Shown piece by piece: positions 26,478 through 37,668 of a DNA stretch of 64,000 nt. The notes beneath the pieces were generated by a model. That model ran no database searches. It was not told where the DNA came from and saw only the letters and a list, made by a program, of their open reading frames with translations. A program made the translations under genes and the position numbers. Origin of the DNA: Malacoraja senta (taxonomy: Eukaryota); assembly GCA_038087875.1 (NCBI GenBank), contig CM076000.1:2108001-2172000 (forward strand), given 5' to 3'. Numbering within the stretch: position 1 is the first letter of the stretch; the number at the start of each line of letters is the position of its first letter.

Positions 26478-26978
26478 ACATTGTGGACGGCTCGATTGTA
26501 ATCAAGTATAGTCTTTCCGCTGATTGGTTAGCATGCGACAAAAAAGCTTTCCACTGTACCTTGGTACACATGACAATAAACTAAACTAAACTAAAACTGA
26601 ATATTTCTGTATAATATTACCCTTTGTGGTTACTTTGCTTGAGAATCTCCAATTGTAATCACCTGTGCCTTGACCCTGTGAGGGATCCTAGTTTGTGTTC
26701 ATTCTACCTACAGCTGTTAGCAAGCAACTGAACAGTCCTCTCATCAGCTAGACGGTGGTCCTGAACTGTCATCAACCTAATTGGAAACCTTTGAATTTTC
26801 TTAATCAGACTATATCTTATACTAAATGTTGAACCCTTTATCTTTTATCAGTGCATTGTGGATGGCTTGATTGTAATCATGTATAGTCTTTTCATTGACT
26901 GGATAGCACGCAAACCAAAGCTTTTCACTGTACCTTGGTACACGTGACAATAACAAACTAAACTAAACTAAACTGAAA

Positions 26979-27400
26979 GGGGCAGCACAATGGCGGCAGT
27001 GGTTGAATTGCTGCCTCACAGCGCCAGACACCCGGGTTCACTATGGGTACGAAGTTTGTACGTTCTCCGTGTGACCTCGTGGGTTTTTCCCGGGTGCTCT
27101 GGTTTCTTCCCAAACTCCAAAGGCGTACAGGTATATAGGTTAATTGGCTTTGGTAAAAATTGTAAATTGTCCCTGGTGTGTAGGATAGAATTTGTGTACG
27201 GGGATAGACACACAATGCTGGAGTAACTCAGCGGGTCAGGCAGCATCTCTGGAGAAATGGAACAGGTTCTCCAGAGATGCTGCCTGATGTGCGGAGTTAC
27301 TCCAGCATGTTGCGTCTATCGTCAGTCTAAAGCAACATCTGCAGTTCCTGCCTGTTTCTACGCTGTATCTCTAAACTAAAAAAACGAAACCTAAACTAAA
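26979..27400 (+). mobile_element. HE1-like SINE with nested Penelope-like hairpin (about 27203-27350)
   Basis: SINE interrupted by the inverted pair tgctggagtaactcagcgggtcaggcagcatctctggaga / tctccagagatgctgcctga..agttactccagca. Confidence 0.75.
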
Positions 27401-27916
27401 CTAACGTACCAAAAGCCTTCTTGACCACCCTATCAACCTATGAGGCCACTTTCAGGGAATTATGTACCTGCACGCCTAGATCCCTCTGCTCAACAACACT
27501 CCCCAGTCAATTGCAGGGAGATGCTTTGCCTTTGCATGTACTGAGCTTGTTCTGAGGCAGGACAATTAACCAACTAGCCAAATAGGAACCAAGAGATGTC
27601 AAGTGGGTTCTGCCTGGCTGGAACCCAAACCACAGCTCTGGATTCTCAACCAGTGCTCACAGGAACTGAAAACAGAAAACAGAAGTTTGTGAGACAGGTT
27701 AGAATGCCTTTATTCTCTCCAAACTTTCCCCTCACAAGTGGCTTACCACTAGCCTAAAGTACTGAATGCACTATTAAATATGAAATACAATAATTTGGAT
27801 TTGAACGCTGATTAACGTGTTACATGCAAGTCAAGAGTCCAAAGTCAAGAGTGTTTAATTGTCACATATACCAAAACAGAACAATGAAATTCTTATTTGC
27901 AGCACTTACTTAAATT

Positions 27917-28276
27917 GGCATGGTGACGCAGTGGTGGAGTTGCTGCCTTACAGCGCCAGAGACCCGGGTTGGATCCTGACTACGGGTGCTGTCTGTACGA
28001 AGTTTGTTGTTCTCCAACGTGACCACATAGATTTTCCCCAGGTGCTCTGGTTTCATCCCACACTGCAAAGTCGTACATGTTTATAGGTTCATTGACTTCG
28101 GTAAAGATTGTAAAATGGTCCCAAGTGTTGGATAGTGCTAGTGTGTGGGGTGATCGCTGGCTGGCACAGACTCAGCAGACTGAAGGGCCTGTTTTCACAC
28201 TGTATCTCTAAACTAAACTAAACTAAACTAAACTAAACTAAACTAAACTAAACTAAACTAAACTAAACTAAACTAA
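27917..28276 (+). mobile_element. HE1-like SINE with (CTAAA)n tail (about 28208-28276)
   Basis: Full consensus followed by about 14 perfect pentamers. Confidence 0.8.
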
Positions 28277-28449
28277 GCAGCACAGCAGGTTAGTTAGCCT
28301 AGTAATATATAACATAATAAACAAGCAAAAAAAGTTAAATAAATAAGGTGCCACTATACACTGCAAAACAAAATAAAATCCTGAAGTTCCTTGTGTAATC
28401 AAGATAGTTGGTAATTAGGAGTTTAGTTGGTATTTATTGCGATCGATAG

Positions 28450-28720
28450 TCTAGATGCTGCTCCTGAACCTGGAGATCACATTTTTCAGGCTCCTATACC
28501 TTCTTCCTGATGGGAGGAGTGAAATGTGAGCATGGGCAGGATGGTGTGGGTCCTTGATGATGCTGGCTGCCATTTTGAGGTATCGCTCTCCATAGATCCC
28601 TTCGACGGTGGGGAGGTCAGTACCCGTGATGGACCGAATAAAAGTACCCATCACTTTTTGTAATCTCCTTTGTTCCTGGGCATTCGAGTTGCCAAACCAG
28701 GTCGTGATGCAATGTGTCCA
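28450..28720 (-). mobile_element. Rex1/Babar LINE fragment
   Basis: CITTWFGNS..LQKV..ITGTDLP.VEGIY..SIIKDPHHPAH..SLLPSGRRYRSL motif. Confidence 0.8.
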
Positions 28721-29610
28721 TATAATATAGTATAGTATTTTAATCACACAGCCAAGCTGGTGGAATTTTGGGTTGTCAGCAGCGATACAATAATAAGAAC
28801 ACACAACCACAATAAAAAAATGTAACACAAACATCCACCACAGCATTCAACACTGTGGTGGAAGGCAAAAAAATTTGGCCAATCCTCCTCCATTTCCCCT
28901 CTGTGGACAGGACCAGAGTCCAGAGTCAGTCCAGGATCGGCACTTCCTCACCGGAGACCGCGGCTTTAAGTTGTTGTAGGCCGCAGGCCGGCTGTCGAGA
29001 TTTAAAGTCTCTGCTGCAGCCAGAAGCACCGTAGACTGCAGGGCCGGCGGTCGAAGCTCCCTTGCAGGGGTGTTGGTAAGTCCATGCCGGCCCCGCGGTA
29101 GAAGTTAGCCGTGGGCCGGCAGTGATGGCTTCTTCTTCTTCCCCCGGGTCCCCCACGAGGGATCCCGGGTCCCCCACGACGGATCCCGGGCTGTAGACGC
29201 CGCACCAGCTGGAACTCTGCAGACCGCGACTTCAGGCTGCGACTTCAGGCTGCCGGCTGCCCCGGGCCACGAAATGGAGCGCTCCCCTCCAGCGAGCCCC
29301 AGCGAGGGCTCACCCGCTCCATGCCGAGAGTCCACGCTGCGCCCGCCGCTGAAGCCCCGGGCGTGTCTCCGGGAAAGGCCGCGCCGATCCTTGATGTTAG
29401 GCCACGGGGGAGGCGACCTGGAAAAAGTCGCCTCTCCATGGAGGAGGCGACCGAAGCGGTTTCCCCCTTACCCCCCCCCCCCCCACACCACCCCCCACAC
29501 AAGACACATAAAGAAACATTAAATACACACTTTAAAACATACTAAAAAATAAAAAAAAGTTGAAAAAACTGACGCGCTGCTGACATGGCCGCTGCCCAGA
29601 GCAGCGCCCC
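28721..29610 (-). mobile_element. CpG-rich non-autonomous retroposon (possibly Rex1-related)
   Basis: Abrupt GC/CpG-rich block. The minus-strand 3' end has ATTAAA and an (ACTAT)n tail. No credible ORF. Confidence 0.5.
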
Positions 29611-30355
29611 CTAACCCTCTACATTAGTTTAGTTGAGAGGTACAGCACGGAAATAGGCTCTTTGGCCCACCGAGTCTGCACCAACCAGTAATCCCCGCAC
29701 ACTAACACTATCCTACACACTGGGGATAATTTACAATTTTACCAAACAAATTAGCCTACAAACGTGCCCTGAAGGTCTGAAGGGTAGATGGGAGGTCAAA
29801 ACCGCTCTCTAGTTGGTGATCGGATGGTTCAGTTGCCTGATAGCAGCTGGGAAGAAACTGCCCCTGAATCTGGAAGTATGTGTTTTCAAACTTCTGTACC
29901 TCTTGCCTGATGGGAGAGGGGTGAGACTCATCCTTGTTTATGCTGGTGGCCTTGGCGAGGCAGCGTGAAGTGTAGATGGAGTGTAGATGGAGTGTAGATG
30001 GGCTACAACAGTAAATACACCAGCAAGGGCTTCATTGGCTGTGAAGTGCCACAGGACGTCCCGGGCCCGTGAAAGTTGCTATATGAATGCGAGCTGCTCC
30101 TTTTATTAGCTGTGAGCTTTTAAAATGACTGCCATTAGGTTGGGGAGTTATTTCACCTTCTTTTTCTTTTTCATGTTGTAATTTTTAACTGAATGGAATT
30201 AACTGAATGAACTAAAATGGTACAGTGCAGAGCCACACACTAATGAAGTCAATTATTGAGGGGGATTGCTGTATGGAACAGTACAGCACATGAACAGGCC
30301 CTTTTGCCCTCAATGTCTATGCAGGTACGTAAAACAACATTTAAAAGACGGCACG

Positions 30356-30662
30356 GGGTGGCACAGTGGTGCGGTGGTAAAGTTGCTGCCTTACGGCACC
30401 AGAGGCCTGGGTTCGATCCTGACTATGGGTGCTCTCTGTATGGAGTTTGTACGTTCTCCCTGTGACTGCGTGGGTTTTCTATAGGTGTTCCGGTTTCCTC
30501 CCACACTCAAAGATGTACAGGTTTTTTGGTTAATTAGCTGTGGTAAAAATTGTAAATTGTCCCTAGTGTGTAGGATAGTGCTGGGGTGATCGCTGGTTGG
30601 CATGGACTCGGTGGGCCGATGGTCCTATTTCCTCATTGTATCTCTAAAGTCTAAAGTCTAAA
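30356..30662 (+). mobile_element. HE1-like SINE
   Basis: Full consensus with (ctaaagt)n tail. Confidence 0.8.
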
Positions 30663-32137
30663 GACAGGTAGTGAATAGGAAAGGATTTGAGGGATATGAA
30701 CCAAATGGAGGCAGGTGGCACTAGTTTAGAGGTGCATCTTGGTCAGTGCTGATGTTGGGTCGAAGGGTTAGTTTCCGTGTTGTATGACTGTGTGCCTCTT
30801 ATAGTACAGGCTACAATGTCTGTGTCAAACATGATGGCAAGACCAACTCTTATCTGCATGCGCATAATCCATATTCCTCCAAACCTTGCATATCCATGTG
30901 CTCTCCAATAGCCTCATAAATGTCACTGTCGTATCTCCCTCCACCATGACCTTCTCAATGTTATGGGAAAGCTGATGAAATGTCGCGGCTTAATAGTTAA
31001 ACCAGGAATCAGTCACGATCAAAATATTAATTTGAGCATTTAACTGACGCATGATTCACGACCACAATGAAGGGTATACGGGACCTGACACATCAAAGCA
31101 GCCTGTTAGCTGGCAATTGGATGTTACAGAAGGCAGGTGTTCCTTCCTAAACAAGCTTTGAAGCCAAGAAATGAAGGAGTGTTTCCGGCATACAGCACTC
31201 ACCACTAATAAAGGATCAGATATATATATCAGCTTGAAGTTCAGAAAAAAAAGCTGCCAGGGTTTCTCACTCTCAAGGAATGTGGATAACAAACCAACCA
31301 AAATCTTATTAGTTGCGCTCAAGCAACCAAAATGCTACAGCCCTGTCATTAGCAGGGAAATAACCCTGTCAGGTGAAGGGTTCAACCTAAGTTGGTGAGG
31401 AGGGGAGGGAGCTGATGATAAATTCACAGACAACAGATTTCAAATTGAGTTTTCTTTCAGTTTAGTTTAGTTCATAAATACAGCACGGAAACAGGCCCTT
31501 CGGCCACCGAGACCACGCTGACCAGCGATCTCCTCACACTAACACCATCCTACACACACTAGGGACAATTTACAACTTTACCGGGCCAAGTAGTCTACAA
31601 ACCTGCATATCCTTTGTGAATTTGTACAGAAATATTTAAAATATGCAGAAGCCTAAGCTTAACAGCTGATGAAAACTGGCGCAAGTTTTGCTGAATGTCG
31701 TATATTCCCAGCCTGCAAGTTTCAATGACCATGTATAAAATGTTGGTGAGGTTGCATTTAGAGTATTGTATTCAGTTTTTGGCACCATGTTATAGGAAAG
31801 ATGTTGTAAAACTGGAAATGGGTGCAGAGAAGATTTATGAGCATGTTGCCAGGACTCGAGGGCCTGAGCTACAGAGAGAGGTTGAGCAGGTTAGGACTCT
31901 ATTCCCTGGAGGCAGGAGGATGAGGGGTGATCTTATAGCGGTGTACAAAATCATGAGAGGAATAGGTCGGGTAGACGCACAGAGTCTCTTGCCCAGAGTG
32001 GGGGAATCCAGAACCAGAGGACATAGGTTTAAGATGAGGGGGGAAAGATATAATAGGAACCTAAGGGGTAATTTTTTCATGCAATGGATGGCAAGTATAT
32101 GGAACAAGCTGCCGGAGGAGGTAGTTGAGGCAAGTAC

Positions 32138-32372
32138 TGTGATGTTTGGTGGAATGTGTGGGGTGGGAGGACCCGTTGCTCCTCCCGTGCAGCAGATGGC
32201 GCTGCACATAACAAAGGGAGATGTTTTTGTATATAGTTTATCTTGTCTGTAGTGTGTGAGGGTGAAGCCATTTTGAGTTGTCTTGCTGCCAGCATTGAGT
32301 AAAGTATTAAAGACTTCTATTGTAAATTGAAGACTCTCAAGTTTTGTGCAGACCTAGAAAAAGAACACGAAA
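32138..32372 (+). repeat. 5' LTR
   Basis: Direct repeat of 34155-34361. Starts TGT and ends CACGAAA. Confidence 0.9.
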
Positions 32373-32373
32373 G

Positions 32374-32391
32374 TGGTGTCAGAAGTGGGAT
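32374..32391 (+). promoter_or_regulatory. Primer binding site, tRNA-Leu
   Basis: TGGTGTCAGAAGTGGGAT is complementary to the 3' 18 nt of vertebrate tRNA-Leu(CAA) and lies 1 nt after the LTR. Confidence 0.85.
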
Positions 32392-32473
32392 ACTTTGGAT
32401 TGCGTCCAAAGTCCCAGATAAGAGCCTATTTTTCGTTTTTTTTTTTTTAGTTCTGTAGTGTACTCAAACTAAC

Positions 32474-33715
32474 ATGTCTCGGCTATTCGACAGTTTTGAT
32501 CCTGAGCGAGAAAGGTGCTCGTCGTATTTAATGCGAGCTGAGTTTCATTTTGAAAGTATGGTAATTACGACTGACCAGAGGAAGAAGGCTCTCTTATGTT
32601 CATCAATGTCTCCAGAAACTTTCGCACAGCTTCAAAATTTACTTACAGAAGAAGTAACTGAAGCCTCATATGCTGAAATCACAATGGGTTTGCAGTTGCA
32701 TTTCGAAGAAAGTCAAAATTTCCTCGTAGCTCGCCTTGATTTCTACAGGACGGTGCAACAGGAAGGGCAATCGATTACCAAATTTCTTGCCGAACTTTGC
32801 ACCAAGGCAAAGGCATGTGATTTTAAAACTCAATGCTGCAAAAAGTGCCAAGACAATGCGTTGCGGATAGACTGGTCATGGGCTGCAGGCACGCATTCAT
32901 CCAGCAGGCGATTCTCAAGGAGTCGGACGCCTCATTGAAGAATGTGCTGCATTGTGCTAAGATGGCCGAGCTGCTGAGTAAAGAACTGCACAAAATGGCC
33001 GGCAGTGTCAAAGCTCCCTCAGGAGGTGCATACAGTTCGTCAGACTCGTCCGCAACGCCAGAAACCAGTTGATCGACCCAAAGCAAATCCGGAGAAGGTG
33101 GGCCAGTTACAGAAGAGCCGTTCCCCTGTGGGGGGAGGATCGAAACCCTGCTACTGGTGCGGCTCGACTGCTCATCATGACCGTGAGTGCCCGTATATCA
33201 AGTCCTTTTGTTATGCCTGTTACCGAAAAGGTCATTTCCAGGCAGTGTGTCAATCCGTAGGAAAGCTGAGAAAGGGCAAGAAAGCGCAAAACACAGTTGA
33301 CCAAATCGCGGAGGCTATTCCTATTGAAGTGCTCGGTGTGTCTATGATCACCGACAAGACGAGGATTTCGCTGCGGGTCTTGAACATCGATCTACAATTC
33401 CAGGTGGACACTAGTGCGGCTGTGTCGCTAGTGGGTCAGGACATCTGGGAGAGGATCGGATCGCAGAAACTGAAACCGGCCAACATCCGCCTTTTCGGAT
33501 ATGGACGACAGCCCATTCCCATGAAAGGCGAATGCACTGTCGCCGTTTCCTGTAATGGTCTGACACAGATGTTGCCGCTGATCGTCATTGGTAAAGAAGG
33601 TACATCCCTGTGCGCCATCGACTGGATCCATGCTTTCAAGCTTGACATGAACGCCTTGATCTACGATGGATCAACTATGGCATTGTCATCTACCACGGAT
33701 TGCAACACGGTCAGC
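32474..33715 (+). pseudogene. gag: gag-protease remnant (frameshifted)
   Basis: Gag N-terminus FDP..SYL.R.EFHF..KKALL, DRLV.G segment, two CCHC knuckles (CYWCGSTAHHDREC, CYACYRKGHFQAVC), and protease site FQVDTSAAVSL (degenerate DTG). Confidence 0.85.
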
Positions 33716-33990
33716 AAGTGCGTGAACAACCTGCGAAAACAGGACGTTGAATGGCACTGTCCAAAGAGTGTGACCACGCATTCACCAGGTTGAAGGAGAT
33801 GCTCGCCCAGAAGACGCGTTTGGTCCACTATGACCCATCGAAGCCGATCTCGCTGGCCGCCGATGTATCGCCGTATAGTCTTGGAGCTGTAATCTCACAA
33901 ACGGTGCCAAACGGCAAGGAAGAACCAATCGCATTCGCATCCAAAACGCTGACGACCGCTGAGAAAAACTACAGTCAAGTGGAGAAAGAA
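33716..33990 (+). pseudogene. pol: pol remnant (RT connection and RNase H N-terminus only)
   Basis: ECDHAF.RLK.ML..LVHYDPSKPISLAADVSPYSLGAVISQ..EEPIAFASKTLT.AEKNYSQVEKE. RT core and integrase are absent. Confidence 0.85.
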
Positions 33991-34154
33991 CAGCATCCAG
34001 ATAAAGCAAATACTGATATCACTTCAAAAGAGAACACTGAGGAAAACTGTTGATTCTGAGCCTTTAGCAGGAGTTGTGAAACGCAATAAAGGCTGGAAAA
34101 AAAGAGTGAAGCAAGGTCCAGCCAAATGGAGATGTTCAAACTGGAAAGGGGGAA

Positions 34155-34361
34155 TGTGATGTTTGGTGACTGTGTGGGGTGGGAGGACCCATTGCACCTC
34201 CCGTGCAGCAGGTGGCGCTGCACAGGTCAAAGGGAGATGTTTTTGTATATAGTTTATCCTGTCTGTAGTGTGTGAGGGAGCAGCCATTTTGAAAGCATTA
34301 AAGACCTATTGTAAATTGAAGACTCTCAAGTTTTGTGCGGACCTAGAAAAAGAACACGAAA
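34155..34361 (+). repeat. 3' LTR
   Basis: Direct repeat of the 5' LTR with an internal deletion of about 24 bp and scattered substitutions. Confidence 0.9.
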
Positions 34362-34661
34362 GGTGCTATTGCAATGTTTAAGAACCATTTAGACAGGTAC
34401 GTAGATAGGACAGGTTTAGCGGGATATGGGCCAAAATGCAGGCAGGTAGGACTAGTGTAGATGGGACATGTTGGCCGGTGTGGGAAAGTTGGGCCGAAGG
34501 GCCTGTTTCCACGCTGTAAGACTCTATGACCAGAGCATTGAATCATCATTAACTTTACTCTTAATAAACAGGATGAATTATGTGGAGGCCAATTTCAAAA
34601 GTGGCTATCGCTTGTTACTGCTTGAAGGCTGTATGCAGTTCTTAAATGACACCCCTGATAT

Positions 34662-34922
34662 AGGAAGAATGTCATTAAGCTGGAAAGTGTGCAGAGACGA
34701 TGTACTAGGATGTTGCCAGCTCTTGAGGGGCTGAGCTACAGAGAGAGGTTGGGCAGGCTGGGACTTTATTCTTTGGAGCACAGGAGGTTGAGGGGTGATT
34801 TTAAAGAGGTGTATACAATCATGAGGGGAATAGATAAGGTGAATCACAGTCTTTTGTCTAGGTTTGGGGAATGAAAAGTAAGAGGACATATGTTTATGGG
34901 GCAAGATTTAACATGAACCTGA
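34662..34922 (+). mobile_element. CR1 LINE fragment
   Basis: TRMLPALEGLSYRERL.RLGLYSLE.RRLRGD motif. Confidence 0.85.
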
Positions 34923-35023
34923 GTTCAGGATTTACACCAGTTACGATCTTGTCTTGCACCTTAAACAAATCCCACCCCTAGAGCAATGGAAGAAACTAGA
35001 CTTTAGAGATACAGCATGGAAAT

Positions 35024-37036
35024 CGTGTGCGGACGTGGCGCCGACGGACGAGAGGCCGAAGCAAAGAAGCCGAAGCCAAAGAACGGAATGGAAGCAAGGC
35101 CGAAACGACAATAAACTGAAAGAGTCCGAAGACGATACGCCTACTAACCGAAAGGATGGGACGCCTAAATGCAAACTAAACGAAAGGGCGGGACGCCGAA
35201 AACCCAAGGAACCGAAAAGCTGCGTCGCCTAAAAGCAAACTTACTGAATGGCCGCTCTGGTTGAAACGCCACCTACCCGAAAGGCGGCGTCACCTACAGG
35301 CCAAAGGACCGACTGCCGCTCAACAGAAAAGTCCAATAACGGACTTGACCTTCCTGGGGGGCGGGACTTGTCAGCGATTGGTCCAGACGCCCGTGTCCAT
35401 CACATCACTGTGAAGGCATGAACATTGTCCCAAACCTCCGCTCCACCCGACTCGCAGCCCGCGGAGGGTGGCCGTGGGAGAGTGGGGGCTGTCCCGAGCG
35501 ATGCACACCTTCAGCCGCTTTCAACTTGGTGCTTGGGTTCAGATTGCCCAGTCACCTATGGCTTGTATGGGAAAATGAACCCCACGCTCTCGTCTTCCCC
35601 TTCTCTCTTCCCTCTTCTCTCTCTCCCCCTCTCTCTCTCCCCCTCTCTCACTCTCTCCCTTCTCTCTCTCCCTTCTCTCTCCCCTCTTCTCTCTCTCCTC
35701 CTCTCTCTCCACTCTTCTCTCTCTCCTCCTCTCTCTTCCCCTCCTCTCTCCCCCCTCTCCCTTCTCTCTCTCCCTTCTCTCTCCTCTCTCTCCTCCTCTC
35801 TCTCCACTCTTTTCTATCTCTTCCTCTCTCTTCCCCTCCTCTCCCCCCCTTCTCTCTCCCTTCTCCCTCCTCTCTCACTCCCTTCTCTCTCTCCCCCTCT
35901 CCCCACACTCCCCTCTCTCTCCCTTCTCTCTCTCCCCTTCTCTCCCCCTTCTCTCTCTCCGCCATCTCCACCCGCGGGAGCGTCCCACAGTCACTGACCG
36001 CGATGCACCGCCATCGGACCCCAACCTCCACACCAGGGTGATTTCCCATCCCCCGCCCCTCCCTCCGACCACGGTCAGTGACTGTGGGACGCTCCCGCGG
36101 GTGGAGACGGAGGAGAGAGAGAAGGGGGAGAGAAGGGGAGAGAGAGAAGGGAGAGAGTGGGTGGGGGAGAAGGGGAGAGAGAGGAGAAGAGAGAAGAAGA
36201 GAAAGAAGAGTGGAGAGAGAGGAGGAGAGAGAGAAGAGGGGAGAGAGAAGAGGGGAGAAAAGGGGGAGAGAGAAGGGAGGGAGAGAGAAGGGAGAGAGAG
36301 GGGGGGAGAGGGGAAGAGAGAGGAGAAGAGAGAAACGAGTGGTGAGAGAGGAGGAGTGAGAGAAGAGGGGAGAGAAGGGAGAGAGAGGGGGAGAGAGGGG
36401 GAGAGAGAGAAGAGGGGAGAGAAGGGAGAGAGAGGGGGAGAGAGGGAGAGAGAGAGAAGAGGGGAGAGAGAAGGGGAGACAGGAGCATTTTCCCATACAA
36501 GCCATAGGTGACTGGGCAATCTGAACCCAAGCACCAAGTTGAAAGCGGCCGAAGGTGTGCATCACTCGGGCAGCCCCCACTCTCACACGGCCACCCTCCG
36601 CGGGCTGTGGGTCGGGTGGAGCGGAGGTTTGGGACAATGTTCATGCCTTCACAGTGATGTGATGGATGCGGGGGTCTGGACCAATCGCTGACAAGTCCCG
36701 CCCCCCGGCAACGTCAAGTCCGTTATTGGACTTTTCTGTTGAGCGGCAGTCGGTCCTTTGGCCTGTAGGCGACGCTGCCTTTCGGGTAGGTGGCGTTTCG
36801 ACAGAGCAGCCATTCGGTAAGTTTGCTTTTAGGCGACGCAGCTTTTCGGTTCGTTGGGATTTAGGTGTCCCGCCCTTTCGGTTAGTTTGCATTTAGGCGT
36901 CCCATCCTTTCGGTTAGTAGGCGTTTTGTCTTCGGACTGTTTTGGTTTATTGGCGTTTCGGCCTCGTTTCCATTCCGTTCTTTGGCTTCGACTTCTTTGC
37001 TTTGGCTTCTTGTCTGTCGGCGCCACGTCCGGGTAC
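35024..37036. mobile_element. Foldback (MULE/MuDR-like) non-autonomous DNA transposon with arms of about 1 kb
   Basis: Arms 35030-36000 and 36072-37031 are reverse complements, separated by a 71-bp spacer. CCGAA-type subterminal subrepeats. 8-9-bp TSD catggaaat (35015-35023) / cgtggaaat (37037-37045) within a SINE. Confidence 0.8.
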
Positions 37037-37275
37037 CGTGGAAATAGGTCCTTCGGCCCATCAAGTCCGTGCTGACCAGCGATAACCCCTGTACGTTAGA
37101 TTTACAATTTATACCAAAGCCACTTAGCATAGAAAACTATATCTTTGGAGTGCGGGAGGAAACTGGAGCATCCGGAGAAAACCCACAGGGAGAACAGACA
37201 GCATCCATAGTCAGGATTGAATTCAGGTCTTTGGTGCTGTAAGGCAGCAAGTCTACTACTGCACCACTGTGCTGC

Positions 37276-37435
37276 GATCACCCTGCGATCACCCAGTGAT
37301 CACCCTGCGATCACCCTGCGATCACCCAGTGGTCACCCTGTGATCACCCTGCGATCACCCAGTGATCACCCTGTGATCACCCTGCGATCACCCAGCGATC
37401 ACCCTGCGATCACCCTGCGATCACCCTGCGATCAC
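37276..37435. repeat. 11-bp minisatellite (GATCACCCTGC / GATCACCCAGT)
   Basis: About 14 tandem units derived from the SINE motif gcgatcaccc. Confidence 0.9.
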
Positions 37436-37668
37436 TCCGTACACTAGCACTATCCTACTCACTAGCGACTGTTTACAATTTTTACTAAACCCAATTAACC
37501 TAGAAAACTGTACATCTTTGGAGTGTGGGAGGAAACAGGAGCACCCGGAGAAAACCCACGTGGTCACAGGGAGAACGTACAAACTCCGTACAGACAGCAC
37601 TAGTAGTCAGGATCAAACCCGTACCTCTGGCGCTGTGAGGCAGCAGCTCTACTGCTATGCCACTGTGT
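37436..37668 (-). mobile_element. HE1-like SINE
   Basis: Reverse complement of the SINE consensus. Confidence 0.8.

Larger units (their letters stand above)
32138..34361 (+). mobile_element. Internally deleted Ty3/Gypsy (Mag-like) LTR retrotransposon
   Basis: LTRs at 32138-32372 and 34155-34361, PBS, PPT GGAAAGGGGGAA (34143-34154), degenerate 5-bp TSD agtac/ggtgc (host CR1 consensus ggtac), and gag, protease and RNase H remnants. Confidence 0.9.
31731..34530 (+). mobile_element. CR1 LINE 3' fragment split by LTR element (31731-32137 and 34362-34530)
   Basis: ..IWNKLPEEVVEA stops at 32137 and resumes tattgcaatgtttaag after the 3' LTR. Confidence 0.85.

Noticed and set aside
35418..36644. Long Ser/Pro/Leu- and Arg/Glu/Gly-rich ORFs
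   Set aside because: They arise from stop-free CT/GA low-complexity tracts in the foldback arms.
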